Assembly: GCF_006345805.1 (NCBI RefSeq)
Contig: NC_043006.1
Coordinates: forward strand, 84,754,001-84,818,000
DNA from: Octopus sinensis
Lineage: Eukaryota
Length of the DNA: 64,000 nucleotides
Direction: 5' to 3'
This document shows, in pieces, positions 52,278-64,000 of this stretch. The notes under the pieces are model-generated. The model saw only the letters and a program-made list of their open reading frames with translations, was not told where the DNA came from and did not search any database. The first letter of the stretch is position 1. Every line of letters starts with the position of its first letter. A program made the position numbers and the translations under genes.

Positions 52278-53399
52278 CCTCGGGTAGGTGGCCCTGCTCA
52301 ACCTGTAGGAAAGGTACAGGTAAGAAACTCATAAGATGCACCCAATGTAAGTATGGACAATAAGAGGTGCAGCAACATTAAAGGGAAATTAACAGATAAG
52401 ATAGCTTTCATGTGCGGCAGATGCACAGGACAATAGACACAACAGACACTCAGAAAACAGATTCCATCACACTCCAGGGAGAGAAACTAGAAGTAGTTGA
52501 TAGTTTCCGCTACCTGGGTGACCAAGTTGTAGCGGAGGTGGATGCACAGAGAGTATCACCACTAGAATACGAATAGCCTGGGCAAAGTTCAGAAAGCTCC
52601 TACCCCTACTGGCAACAAAAAGGTCTCTCCCTCAGAGCAAAAGGTAGATTGATGATGCATGTGTGCGAACTGCCATGCTTCACGGTAATGAAACATGGGC
52701 TGTGACTGCAGAAGAACATGCATAACTTGAAAGAAATGAAGCTAGCATGATCCGCTGGAGTGTAGTGTCAGTGTGCATGCAAGACAGAGTGTAAGCATCC
52801 TGAGAGAAATGCTGGATATAAGAAGATCAGAAGTGGGTTGTGCAGAGCGACGCTTGCGATGGTATGGTCATGTGCTGCGGATGATGGATGAAGAGAGATG
52901 TGTGAAGAAGTGCCACTCCCAAAAAGTTGAAGGTATCAGGGGGAGAGGTAGACCCAGGAAGACATGGGATGAGGTGTCAAGCATGACCCAGAGCATTGGG
53001 CCCACTGAGGCAATGGCGAAGGACGATCTCTGGAGATATGCTGTGACTACAAAGACCAGGGCTGCTTTCTGCAGCAATTCTACATACCCCCTACCCATTC
53101 TAAGTACCCCGGATCCCCAAAAGTACCCTGGACCTCGTTGCCCCGTGCCGCTGACACGTTAAAAGCTCGAACCGATCGTGACCGATGCCGGACCCTCCGG
53201 CCCCTGTGCAGGTGGCACGTAAAAAGCACCCAATCCACTCACGGAGTGGTTGGTGTTAGGAAGGGCATCCAGCGTAGAAATCTGCCAGATTCAGACTGGA
53301 GCCTGGAGGCCCTGGCTTCCCAGACCCGGTCGAACCGTCCAACCCATGCTAGCGCGGAAAGCGGACGTTAAACGATGATGATGATGATGATGATGATGA

Positions 53400-53400
<1 letters not shown>
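52278..53400 (+). mobile_element. 5'-truncated RTE-clade LINE: ORF2 C-terminal part, 3' UTR and (GAT)n tail
   Basis: EKLEVVDSFRYLGDQV, RIRIAWAKFRKLLPLL, AMLHGNETWAV, RRLRWYGHVLRM and GIRGRGRPRKTWDEV, broken by many 1-nt gaps. (TA)n on both sides. Confidence 0.9.
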
Positions 53401-53431
<31 letters not shown>

Positions 53432-53494
53432 AGTTAATGATCCTCATTATCATTTTTATGTCCACTTTTCCATATTTCCATTGGTCAAAGAATT

Positions 53495-53712
53495 CACAAG
53501 GGGCTAAACACAGAGGGGACAAACAAGGACAGACAAACGGATTAAGTCGACTACATCGACCCCAGTGCATAACTGGTACTTAATTTATCGACCCCGAAAG
53601 GATGAAAGGCAAAGTCGACCTTGGCGGAATTTGAACTCAGAACATAACGGCAGATGAAATATGGCTACGTGTTTCGCCCGGTATGCTACTGAGTCTGCCA
53701 GCTCGCTGCCTT
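53495..53712 (-). mobile_element. SINE family B
   Basis: Reverse complement of the 48638 copy. Confidence 0.85.
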
Positions 53713-54499
53713 GAAGAGCTTGCTGCCTTGGAAGAATATTACATAGCTTGGAAACAGGTGAGGGTTAGTAACAGGAAAGGTATCCACCTTGGAAAAAAAC
53801 AACCTCAACAAATTGCATCTGACTCATACAAGCATGGAGAAGTAAAAATTTAACGATGATGATGATGATAATGATGATGATACTGTTAACAACAACAATG
53901 ATGATGATGATGATGATGATGGTGAGGTGTGTGTGTGTGTGTCTGTGTGTGTAAGGGTCTTATTGTATTGGCAAACTTTCGAAACATATATATATATAGT
54001 TTATGTGCAGGCAATAAGTGACTAGATCTAATGAATGCTACATTAACTTTGGTGTTACCATTTCTGTTTGTATTGGCGCTGGAGCTGTTGCACCAAATGA
54101 TGTTCATATACACTTTCGACAATCATGAGAAATCCATTTAGAAGTTTATTTTCGGAGCTATTCCACTTGTAGCTAGTAAGAAGAAATGCAGATAACATTC
54201 ATGCAAGTGGGTGTTTTTTTTTTCAGTAGTAATATCTTATAACATCTTTACACATCACCATTTTAACGTCCGGTTTTCCATGCTTGCATGGGTCAGATGG
54301 ATATTTGTTGAAGCAGATTTTCTACAGCTGGATACCCTTCCTGTCACTAACCCTCACCTAGTCAGATGTGTTTCCTGAAAGATTGTAATTTAACAACATT
54401 GTCTGTATGAGGGGGTGTTGAAAAGTTCCCTGTAAAAGAACCTTCCAAGTTCTTTTACAGTGCTTAGAAAAACTGAAGAGTGTGAATCTGAGAGGGAAA

Positions 54500-54810
54500 T
54501 CATCATCATCATCATCATCATCATTTAATGTCTGTTTTCCACGCTAGCATGGGTTGGATGGTTCGACCAGGGTCTGGTAAGCCATGGAGGCTGCACCAGG
54601 CTCCAGTCTGGTTTGGCAGTGTTTCTACAGCTGGATGCCCTTCCTAACGCCAACCACTCCGTGAGTGCAGTGGGTGCTTTTTACGTGCTGCCAGCTTAGG
54701 GGCCAGACGAGGCTGTCAAATGGCCACGATCGATTGGTGCTTTTACGGGTCACCGACATGGACACCAGTCAGGCGGCGCTGGCATCTGCCACATTCGGAC
54801 AGTGCTAAAA
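54500..54810 (-). mobile_element. Family C (RTE 3' end)
   Basis: (CAT)n tail then the canonical body. Confidence 0.8.
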
Positions 54811-56216
54811 TCATAATTAACTGATCCTCCTCTATTTTCTTTTACCCAAAGCCAGGAACTTTTCAGCATTGCCTCATATAATGGTGATGGCCACTGGCAA
54901 TCATCATGTGATGTCAAGACATGGATGAACATACATACACAAATACACACACACACACACGAGGAGCTTCTTTCATTTTCCATCTACTAAATCCACTGTC
55001 AAAACTTTGGTTGGCCTGGGGTTATAGTAGAAGACACTTGTCCAAAGTACTGCACAGTGGGGCAGAATTTTCTGTCACCAACCATCATTTGTTTCTAGCT
55101 AATATCCCCAAAGTTAAATATCTTTGCACAGAAGATTGAAAACAAGGACACTGCTTGTACGACATTATCACATAAGACAAAGAGATACTAACATCCCCAC
55201 CATATGTATGTATGTGTGTGTGTGTGTGTGTGTATGCATGCGTGCATGGATGCATGCATGCATATTGGTGTTAAGAGAAACTAAGTGTAAACAGACTATG
55301 GAATCTAATGCAATTCCTGTCAAGGCCATCCAACCAATGCCAGTATGGATAACAGACATTAAATGTTGGTGATGATGATGATGATGATGATGATGATAAT
55401 GATATATATATATATACACACATACACACACACACACATACACTTCACAACAGGCTGCTCTCAGTCAACATCTACCAAATCCACTCAGAAGGGGCTTTAA
55501 CAAGTCCAGAGCTAGTGTAGAAGACACTTAACTTACCCAAGATGTCAAGCAGTGGAACTGAACCTGAAACCATGTGGTTGGGAAGCAGACTTCTTAACCA
55601 CATATCTATGCCTATACATTTTATAATTATACTTTGCCATAACTGTACCAATGACCAGTCGCCAGATCTCAATATACTTTTAAATACACTTATTACTAAC
55701 TACATTATTAGTAATTATAAGGCCCATAATACATATTATATTCATGATACTTATAATGTTTATCATACTCATAATGCATGGTATTACTAACCACCAATGG
55801 CCAGGAGGTGTGAGTAAATGATGATGAAACTATAACACATTTCACTGGCATTCAGCTCTTGTGCGCATGACTTCTAATAGACAAAGCAGCCGTAAGTTAA
55901 TGAAGGTGACTATGAAACTTTAATTAATACCATCTCCATACTTTCTGATTATAGTGCTTCTCTCCTTCCTTCCTGTATTTCCACCTATCCCCTCCTTTTT
56001 CCTGAGCCACTCCTATTCTTTCACCTTCCTCCACACATACAGATATTTGCCATCGATCACATAATCACATCGCCATCCTTGTTCCATCATTCTCTACATT
56101 CACCTCAACACCTATCACTAACCGTCTGTAGCTTTCTTCTCATGCTTTAATGAACTTATCCACCTACCTTTCCTGATTGTTTGTTCATATTCTCTCTGAT
56201 ATTGACCTTCTGGTAT

Positions 56217-56443
56217 CTTATTTTTTTATTGCCCACAAGGGGCTAAACATAGAGGGAACAAACAAGGACAGACAAAGGGATTAAGTCTATTACATCGACC
56301 CTAGTGCATAACTGGTACTTAATTTATCGACCCCGAAAGGATGAAAAGCAAAGTCGACCTCGGCGGAATTTGAACTCAGAACATAATGGCAGACAAAATA
56401 CAGCTAAGCATTTCGTCCGGCGTGCTAATGTTTCTGCCAGCTC
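56217..56443 (-). mobile_element. SINE family B
   Basis: Canonical body. Confidence 0.85.
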
Positions 56444-57895
56444 AAGAGTATGCTCTGACATCCCCTGACCACCATCTTTGTCTTCTTTCAAGCTACTCCC
56501 ACCCACCCTTATATAATATGAGGTAGCCATGCATCTCCTCTATAAGCAGACACCTGAGCCTGTCTCTCTATCAGTCTTCAGACTCTCAACACCTGACATA
56601 AAGCCACTTCCCTTTTCTACTTCAACCCCACTCAGTTGAAGGGTCCTTTCCTTTGCCTTGCAAGTTACTTGGTAACCTTACTATTGCCCGTGCTATGCAA
56701 AAGCTAGCCAGTATACTTTTTAGAGGGCATTCAGCCATAGTAACCATGCAAAAAGACCCAACTGAAGCTCAACACAGTCCTCCAGCTCACTGGATCCTAT
56801 CAAACTGTCAAACCCATGTCAGTATGGAAGACAAAAGTCAAATGATGATGATGAATACGATGACGACAACTACCAGTTGCGTATTGGGGTCGAACTAATC
56901 AACTGGGGCTGCTCCCCAAAAATTTCGGGCCTTGTGCCTACAGTAGAAAAGAATACTTTGTACTATAAACACAAAGCCTGAAATTTGGTACTTAATTTAT
57001 TGACCCTGAAAGGATGAAAGGCAAAATCAACCTCGGTACAATTTGAACTCAGAATGTAAAGAGAGATGAAACAGCACTAAACCTTTTCTGTCTGGCATGC
57101 TAATAATTCTGCCAGCTCACTGCCATAACATAATAAACACGTTTGAAACAAGAAGAAGAAAAAAAAACAAACAAAAACTAAAAAATACAGCCATTATCCC
57201 AATATCCTAGACAATGAAACATTCATAATAACAGCATCTCATAATATCTTAGGAGATGTCCATTATTTGGTAACATTTACCATACTAGAAAGAACTAATT
57301 TAATACTAAATGCTGTTATCAATATGTTCAATTTGAAAAAAGAAAACCAATATATCTGACAAAATGGAAAAAAAAAACACTGTATACTCATAATGTTCAG
57401 TAACATTTAGCACTAAGTATGGCCAGGGAAGGGGTCTCCCCACATATGTGTTTTTTTTTAATTTTATTTCTCTGCAGTTAGTGAATTGTCTAATGATGGG
57501 CACTTTGCCACTGCTAAGTCACTCACTGACTTCTCAATTAATTAAACATACCGGAGGTTAATTTATGAAGCTAGAATTTATTTCCAAGAAGTAATTTTCA
57601 CATCGTTTCGAGGAGAAATAACAGGAATTTATTGGTAGCGACTTGGACAATTTGAGCAGTAGTTCCTTCTTAAATAGTCCAGCCATGTCATTAGGAGTTA
57701 ATGACCTGCAGCAATCTTTACCAAATGAACAGTAAACTAGTGAAACCTTTACGAGAATCAGTCAGTTATATAATCGTTGTTAAACATATATATATGAGGG
57801 CCATTCAGATATTTGGGGTTGAAAGACTACATGAATATACAGATATAAAGTAACTACAGAGGTTTATCAATATCCTCTGTCTCTTTTGTATGTAA

Positions 57896-57938
<43 letters not shown>

Positions 57939-58227
57939 TACTTACATACACACATATATATAGGTATATATATTTACACACAAACACACGCACATACACA
58001 TATTAGACAAATAGACGGATAAATAGATAGGGAGATAGGTAGGTAGATAAATAAATAGATAGATAGACAGACAGACAGACGACTTATATAGATATATACA
58101 TGATGATGCTGATGATATAAACACATATATGTATATACAAACATGTATACATGCATGCATACACATATACACGTTCATACACACATACACACAGTGATGG
58201 ATCAAGTTTACAAGCAGCAGCTGTAGC

Positions 58228-58260
<33 letters not shown>

Positions 58261-58839
58261 TGCTTAGAACCATGTTTGGCTCTGATCAAACAGATCTCTA
58301 AACAATGGTATTACAGCCAGCTTTCAAATGTATTCTTCCTTTCTGAGTGTGGGATTTGAGGGAGATATTGTTGCTATTTTTAACAGGTTGTGTATCAACA
58401 GAGAGACCTTCCCCAACTTTGTTTCATACCAACAAATACAACTTTACTCGATACAGCTATCGGCCTGTGGCCATGATGGAGCACCACCTCGTAGAATTAG
58501 TTGAACGAATTGACACCAGTACTTATAATAAGTTTAGTACTTATTCTACCAATCTCTTTGGCAAACTACTAAGTCATGGAAACATTAGCAATCTAACGCC
58601 CATTACCAGGCTGTAGGTGACAAACACAAATACACACACATGCAAAGCTACACCGTAAAACACCCAGTTTCCTCTGTAAAGTGGTTGGCATTAGGAAGGG
58701 CATCCAGCCATAGAAATCAAACCAAAACAGATGACTGGTGCAACTCCCTGGTTTACTGGTCCCACTCAAATCATCTACTCATATCAGCATGAAAAACCAA
58801 CATATGATGATGACTGATGATGATATATCTATATATATC

Positions 58840-59072
58840 TTATTTCTTTATTGCCCACAAGGAGCTAAACATAGAGGGGACAAACAAAGACAGACAAAGG
58901 TATTAAGTTGATTACATTGACCCCAGTGCGTACTGGTACTTAATTTATCGACCCCGAAAGGATGGAAGGCAAAGTCGAACTCGGCGGAATTTGAACTCAG
59001 AACATAGCGACAGATGAAATACCGCTAAGCATTTTGCCCGGCATGCTAACATTTCTGCCAGCTCGCCGCCTT
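58840..59072 (-). mobile_element. SINE family B, full length
   Basis: Canonical body ending ccagctcgccgcctt. Confidence 0.88.
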
Positions 59073-59629
59073 ATATATATATGTATATATATCTATATAA
59101 ATCTACATACACACGCACGCATGCACACACACAAATACTGATCTTTGTTTTTATATTGAGTTATAATAGAAACAATATTTCATTAAGCTGAAGGATCATT
59201 CAATCTTTTTTTTGTAGAGTGTAAATTTATTACAATTCTATACTTAACATGAATAGTATTGACAGTGACTTTGAAGTTACAGCTAATATACGATGGGCTT
59301 CCATACAGTTTCCATCTACTCCAAATTCATTCACAAAGCATTGCTGGGGCTATGATAGAAGACACTTGTGCAAGGTGCCACACAGTGGAACTTAACACGA
59401 AACCACGCAGTTGTAGAGCAAGCTCCTTAATCACACAGCTACGTCTGTGCCCACAGTTGGTGATATAAAACATGTTTTTCCTAAACAGAACTAATGATAC
59501 AATAAAGAGTGAGAGGTTGATTTACAAGAAGTTGGTGACAAAGACACAACAGCTTCACAAATTGACATATCGGCAAAACAACATAGTAAAGCATTCCGAG
59601 ACAATTCTTCGACCATGTTGAACAGATTT

Positions 59630-59824
59630 CAAGAAGAAGAAGTAGTAGTAGTAGTGGTGGTGGTGGTTGAAGAAGGGGAGGAGGAGGCGAAGGGGGGAGG
59701 AGGAGGAGGAGGAGAAGGAGGAGGAGGAGGAGACGAAGGAGGAGGAGAAGGAGGAGGAGGAGAAGAAGAAAGAGGAGGAGAAGAAGAAGAAGAAGAAGGA
59801 GAAGAAGAGGAGAAGAACATCAAC

Positions 59825-59862
<38 letters not shown>
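59630..59862. repeat. Compound (GAA)(GTA)(GTG)(GGA)(AAT) tract
   Basis: Directly visible. Confidence 0.9.
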
Positions 59863-60034
59863 CAATAGACGGTAATGACAAACAAAATGACAAAGGGTAA
59901 TTAATTTTGTGTTGTAATGAAGACACAGAAGAGAGTTTAACATTTCAGACAGTGGTGCTTTGTCAAGAAAAGAGAGAAAAGAAACAAGAAGGAATTTTTT
60001 TTAGAAATTAATAGAAACTAACGAATGTAACGAG

Positions 60035-61085
60035 TGTAGACATGGCTTGTTTGGTTAAGAAGCTTGGTTTGCAATTACATGCTTCCGGGTTCAGTCCCAC
60101 TGTGTGGCACCTTGGGCAAGTGTCTTCTACTATAGCCTCGGGTGGACCAATGACTTATGGAGTGAACTTGGCAGTCAGAAACTGTGTGGAAGTCTGTAGC
60201 ATCTGTGTGTGCGTGTGTGTGTGTGTGCATGTATGTATGAATGTTTGTGTATGTATGTATGTGTGTGAGCATGTATGTATGTTTGTATGCATGTATATTT
60301 GTGTGTATGCATGCATGTGTATATGTTTGTGCATATATGTATATGTGTGTATATGTATGTGTGTGTGTGTAAGTGTGTATATGTGAATTTATATATATAA
60401 AGCTGCGTTGTTAAGAAACTTGCATTGGGACCACATGGTTAGTGGTTCAGTCCCATTCTATGGATGTTTTTTGGCTGATGTTCTCTACTACAAATACAGA
60501 TCGACCACTTCCTTGTGTTTGAAATTAGTTGAGACACACTGGAAGAAGCCTGTCATGTATATATAAATATGTTTGTATGTGGGTGTCTATGCATGTGAGT
60601 GTGTGTATGTGCATTTGTGTGTGTGTGTGTACATGACTAAATGCGTATTTCCCCTTTACCCAGACATATGTGCATGTTGACTGCAAACAGAAGCACCATC
60701 ATTCATACAGATGGTGTCATTTGCATGCAGTGCACCATGAATGCATATCTGGATTGTTTCTTTTATTTTCAGTTCACTAGGGAATTGTTACTTAGCTTGG
60801 CAACAGGTGAGGGTTGGCATCAGGAAAAGCATCCAACCATAGAAAAACTCTCTGCTTCAACTAGTTTTATCTGCTTCATCAAGCAACCATGGAAAAGTAG
60901 ACCTTTAAATGATGATGATGATGATGACGATGGTGGTGATAATGACGATGATGATGACAACGATGATGATGATGATGATGACAATAATGATGATAATGAT
61001 GACGTTGATAACAATGATGATAATGATGATGATGGTGATAATGATGACAATGATGATGATGATGACGGCAATGACAACAATGATG
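60035..61085 (+). mobile_element. Diverged A-type SINE heads, then an RTE-like tail and long (GAT)n
   Basis: Heads at 60035-60200 and 60400-60560. Tail gagggttggcatcaggaaaagcatcca...catggaaaagtagac..taaatgatgat. Confidence 0.55.
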
Positions 61086-61217
61086 AGATCATTTCTGATA
61101 TTTTCGTTCAGACTGCAACCAGCCCTGATTGAACAGATAACAATTTTTTGGAAGACAATCAAGTCATGACCTTTCTATCTTTTTATTTATATATTTGTTT
61201 ATGCATTTGATTATTAC

Positions 61218-61249
<32 letters not shown>

Positions 61250-61832
61250 TATTATTATTACTTGCATGAATAGTGTATCAAGCATTGCTGCGTTAAATTA
61301 CATTTTCTTTTTTTAATAGATTTTTAATATAATTAAATACGATTTAATGGAAGATTTCAAGTGGGTTGGTCGACCCCCACAGGGGCTCCATCATCAGTTA
61401 ATATCAACATTCATGATTTCTAGAACTGTTACTAGACCACCAACGGTTAAAAAACAAAAGAAAAACTTTTCCACTACACTATAATATTGCCATTGCCCAA
61501 AATATCATCCATAAATCATTAACCAATGATAGCATCCCCCCCGATGAGGATAGAAACCACAGTGAAAAGATAAGAAGCATCAAGCAGAATATCACTGAAT
61601 GCAATACCAAACACAACATGAACACAATAGACAGGCTGGAATCCATATTGATAACAATGATTTACATTGAGTTAGCATTTGACATACAACAATGTAATAA
61701 TAATAATAATGATAATAACAATTTCTTTATCCACCGCTGAGGATTTACATAAGAGATTGGGGACAGCACAACACAACACAAAAAGAGTGGGATTTAATCA
61801 TGTGAAAAGGTAATAACAATAAATATTATATC

Positions 61833-62152
61833 TGGCCTCTGTGCCGGTGGCACGTAAAAGACACCATTCGAGCGTGATCATTACCAGCATCACCTTACTG
61901 GCACCTCTGCCGGTGGCATGTGTAAAAGATTCGAGCGAGGTTATTGCCAGTACTGCCTGACTGGCCCCGTACCGGTGGCACGTAAAAGCACCCACCACAC
62001 TCTCGGAGTGGTTGGCGGTAGGAAGGGCATCCAGCTGTAGAAACTCTGCCAGATCAAGATTGAGGCCTGGTACAGCCATGTGGTTCGCCAGCCCTCAGTC
62101 ATGCGTCCAACCCATGGAAAGCGGACGTTAAACGATGATGATGATGATGATG
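61833..62152 (+). mobile_element. Family C (RTE 3' end)
   Basis: Canonical body with internal units and a (GAT)n tail. Confidence 0.8.
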
Positions 62153-62469
62153 AAGGCCCCAAAAGCAGGAGGCTTCCAAGGGCTGTTCCTGGAAAACCCA
62201 CAAAACCATGATCACCCTGACCTCTAGGGCAAGTGCCCTCTTCACTTCATCTACCCTTGATCAAGAAGTACATGCTTAGAGTAGACCCATTCACTTGGGC
62301 TATTTGTGCTACATTCACCCACATTTTAACAAACTTTCTAGGAGGCAGCACTTCCCTCTCTACTACCCTCACAAGTGAAACTTGAAAAAGTTGATGTGGG
62401 CTTAGCCAAAGAGGAAATGTACACTAGTAACTATGACTAGGTCATGGTACTTCGCTATTTTTATCTATA

Positions 62470-62792
62470 CTTCTCAGATGAGAAAGTCAATATGAGAGGT
62501 ACAGAGAAAATAGCAACGTACCAGGGCCTCGCCATTGAGTTACAGAGGTTATGGAAAATGCAGGTAAAATATATCCCTGTAGTTATAGGTGTAGTAGGAA
62601 CCATCCCTAAAGATTTGAACAGATGGATAGAGGAAATAGGCATAAAACCTAGTTTAGTGCAGCTTCAGAAAACAGTGTTATTAGAAAAGCTAGGATACTT
62701 AGGAAGGTTCTTGGCATCTAAGGTTATTTGTTGTAGTCTAATGTTAGGAATTTTTCTTTTCCAACACCCTAATTTGTTGTACATATATGAAA
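62470..62792 (+). mobile_element. R4/Dong-like LINE 3' fragment
   Basis: EKIATYQGLAIELQRLWKMQVKYIPVVIGVVGTIPKDL...LQKTVLL, followed by (AAT)n. Confidence 0.78.
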
Positions 62793-62929
62793 TAATAATA
62801 ATAATAATAATAATAATGGTTTCAAATTTTGGCACAAGGCCAGAAAGTTCTAGTGAGTCAGGGGAGGTAAGATGACCCATCAATCCCAGTGCTCAAACTG
62901 GTACTTATTTTATTAAACCTGAAAGGGGT

Positions 62930-63040
62930 ACCCAGCTACCAATGACACTCAAAAAGATTGGAACTAATATAAAGACAGAACACCTACAAAAGATATCATT
63001 GCTTGAAACTGCAAGAGTTCTCCACAGAGTTCTTTCTTGA
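62930..63040 (+). mobile_element. Third R4/Dong-like C-terminal fragment
   Basis: LKKIGTNIKTEHLQKISLLETARVLHRVLS*. Confidence 0.6.
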
Positions 63041-63123
63041 AGTGTAATCAGTAAACAAGTGTCACATTAGTGGGCAGAGACACTTTCCATCATACTCAGC
63101 AAAATAAAGATGAGGGTTTTCTT

Positions 63124-63154
<31 letters not shown>

Positions 63155-63169
63155 AATAATAATAATAAT

Positions 63170-63536
63170 AGGGCATCCAGCTGTAGAAACACTGCCAGAT
63201 CAGACTGGAGCCTGGTGCAGCCTTCTGGCTTCCCAGATCCCCAGTCAAACCGTCCAACCCATGCTAGCATGGAGAACAGACGTTAAACGATGATGATGAT
63301 GATGATGATGATGATGAATATTCCTTTCTACTATAGGCATAAGCATAAAATTTTGGGAGGGGGATAGTCAATTTCATCGACACCAGTACTTAACTGGTAC
63401 TTATTTTATCGACCCTGAAAGGATGAAGGGCAAAGTCGGTCATGGCAGAATTTGAACTCAAAATGTAAAGATGGGTGAACTGCTTAGCAGTATTTCACCT
63501 AGCATGCTAACGATTCTGCCAGCTCACTGCCTTACA

Positions 63537-63627
<91 letters not shown>

Positions 63628-63853
63628 TTATTGCCCACAAGGGGCTAAACACAGAGAGGACAAACAAGGACAGACAAAGGGATTAAGTCAATTACATTGA
63701 CCCCAGTGCGTAACTGGTACTTATTTAATTGACCCCAAAAAGATGAAAGGCAAACTCAACCTCGGTGGAATTTGAACTCAGAATGTAGCAGCAGATGAAA
63801 TATCCCCAAGCATTTTGCCCAGTGTGCTAACGATTCTACCAGCTTGCTGCCTT
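63170..63853. mobile_element. Family C 3' end (63170-63317, +) and two SINE B copies (63320-63533, 63625-63853, -) in (AAT)/(ATT) tracts
   Basis: Canonical bodies. Confidence 0.8.
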
Positions 63854-63857
63854 ACAA

Positions 63858-63891
<34 letters not shown>

Positions 63892-64000
63892 TAATAATAA
63901 CAATAATAATAAATATCTCAACTCCCTTACATTCATCTCATTTTCTTTCTTTCTCTCTCTTTCCCACCTCTGCACCCAGTTTCTTATCTCTGATTCCCTG

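Noticed and set aside
54031-54141. Small signal-peptide-like ORF MNATLTLVLPFLFVLALELL...
   Set aside because: 36 codons in AT-rich DNA with no supporting context.
57625-57735. Plus-strand exon-like reading EFIGSDLDNLSSSSFLNSPAMSLG...
   Set aside because: Weak acceptor and no recognisable homology.
793-63975. Most ORF-track entries (YIYI, HTHT, CVCV, poly-H/D/M/V)
   Set aside because: They are translations of di- and trinucleotide microsatellites or SINE bodies.

Overview
AT-rich, very repeat-dense eukaryotic genomic DNA, most likely from an octopod cephalopod (inferred from the SINE and microsatellite content; not confirmed by a search). I recognise no host protein-coding gene, and nearly all ORFs in the supplied track are microsatellite or SINE translations, so the window looks intronic or intergenic. 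It contains many copies of several tRNA-headed SINE families (labelled A, B, D and E here) and 3' ends of an RTE-clade LINE (family C). One RTE copy keeps a partial ORF2 with an apparent PHD finger inside the RT. There are also R4/Dong-like and CR1/L2-group LINE remnants, a near-full maT (DD37D) element next to a full-length mariner (DD34D), a Tc1 5' fragment and TTAA-flanked MITEs. The most unusual signal is a set of short unique modules embedded in (TA)n tracts. Many are asymmetric fold-back palindromes (one has perfect 126-bp arms), and several carry whole or half type I hammerhead-ribozyme motifs with palindromic stem III, pointing to Penelope-like or retrozyme-type elements. Repeat boundaries were read by eye and are approximate unless a TIR or TSD is quoted.
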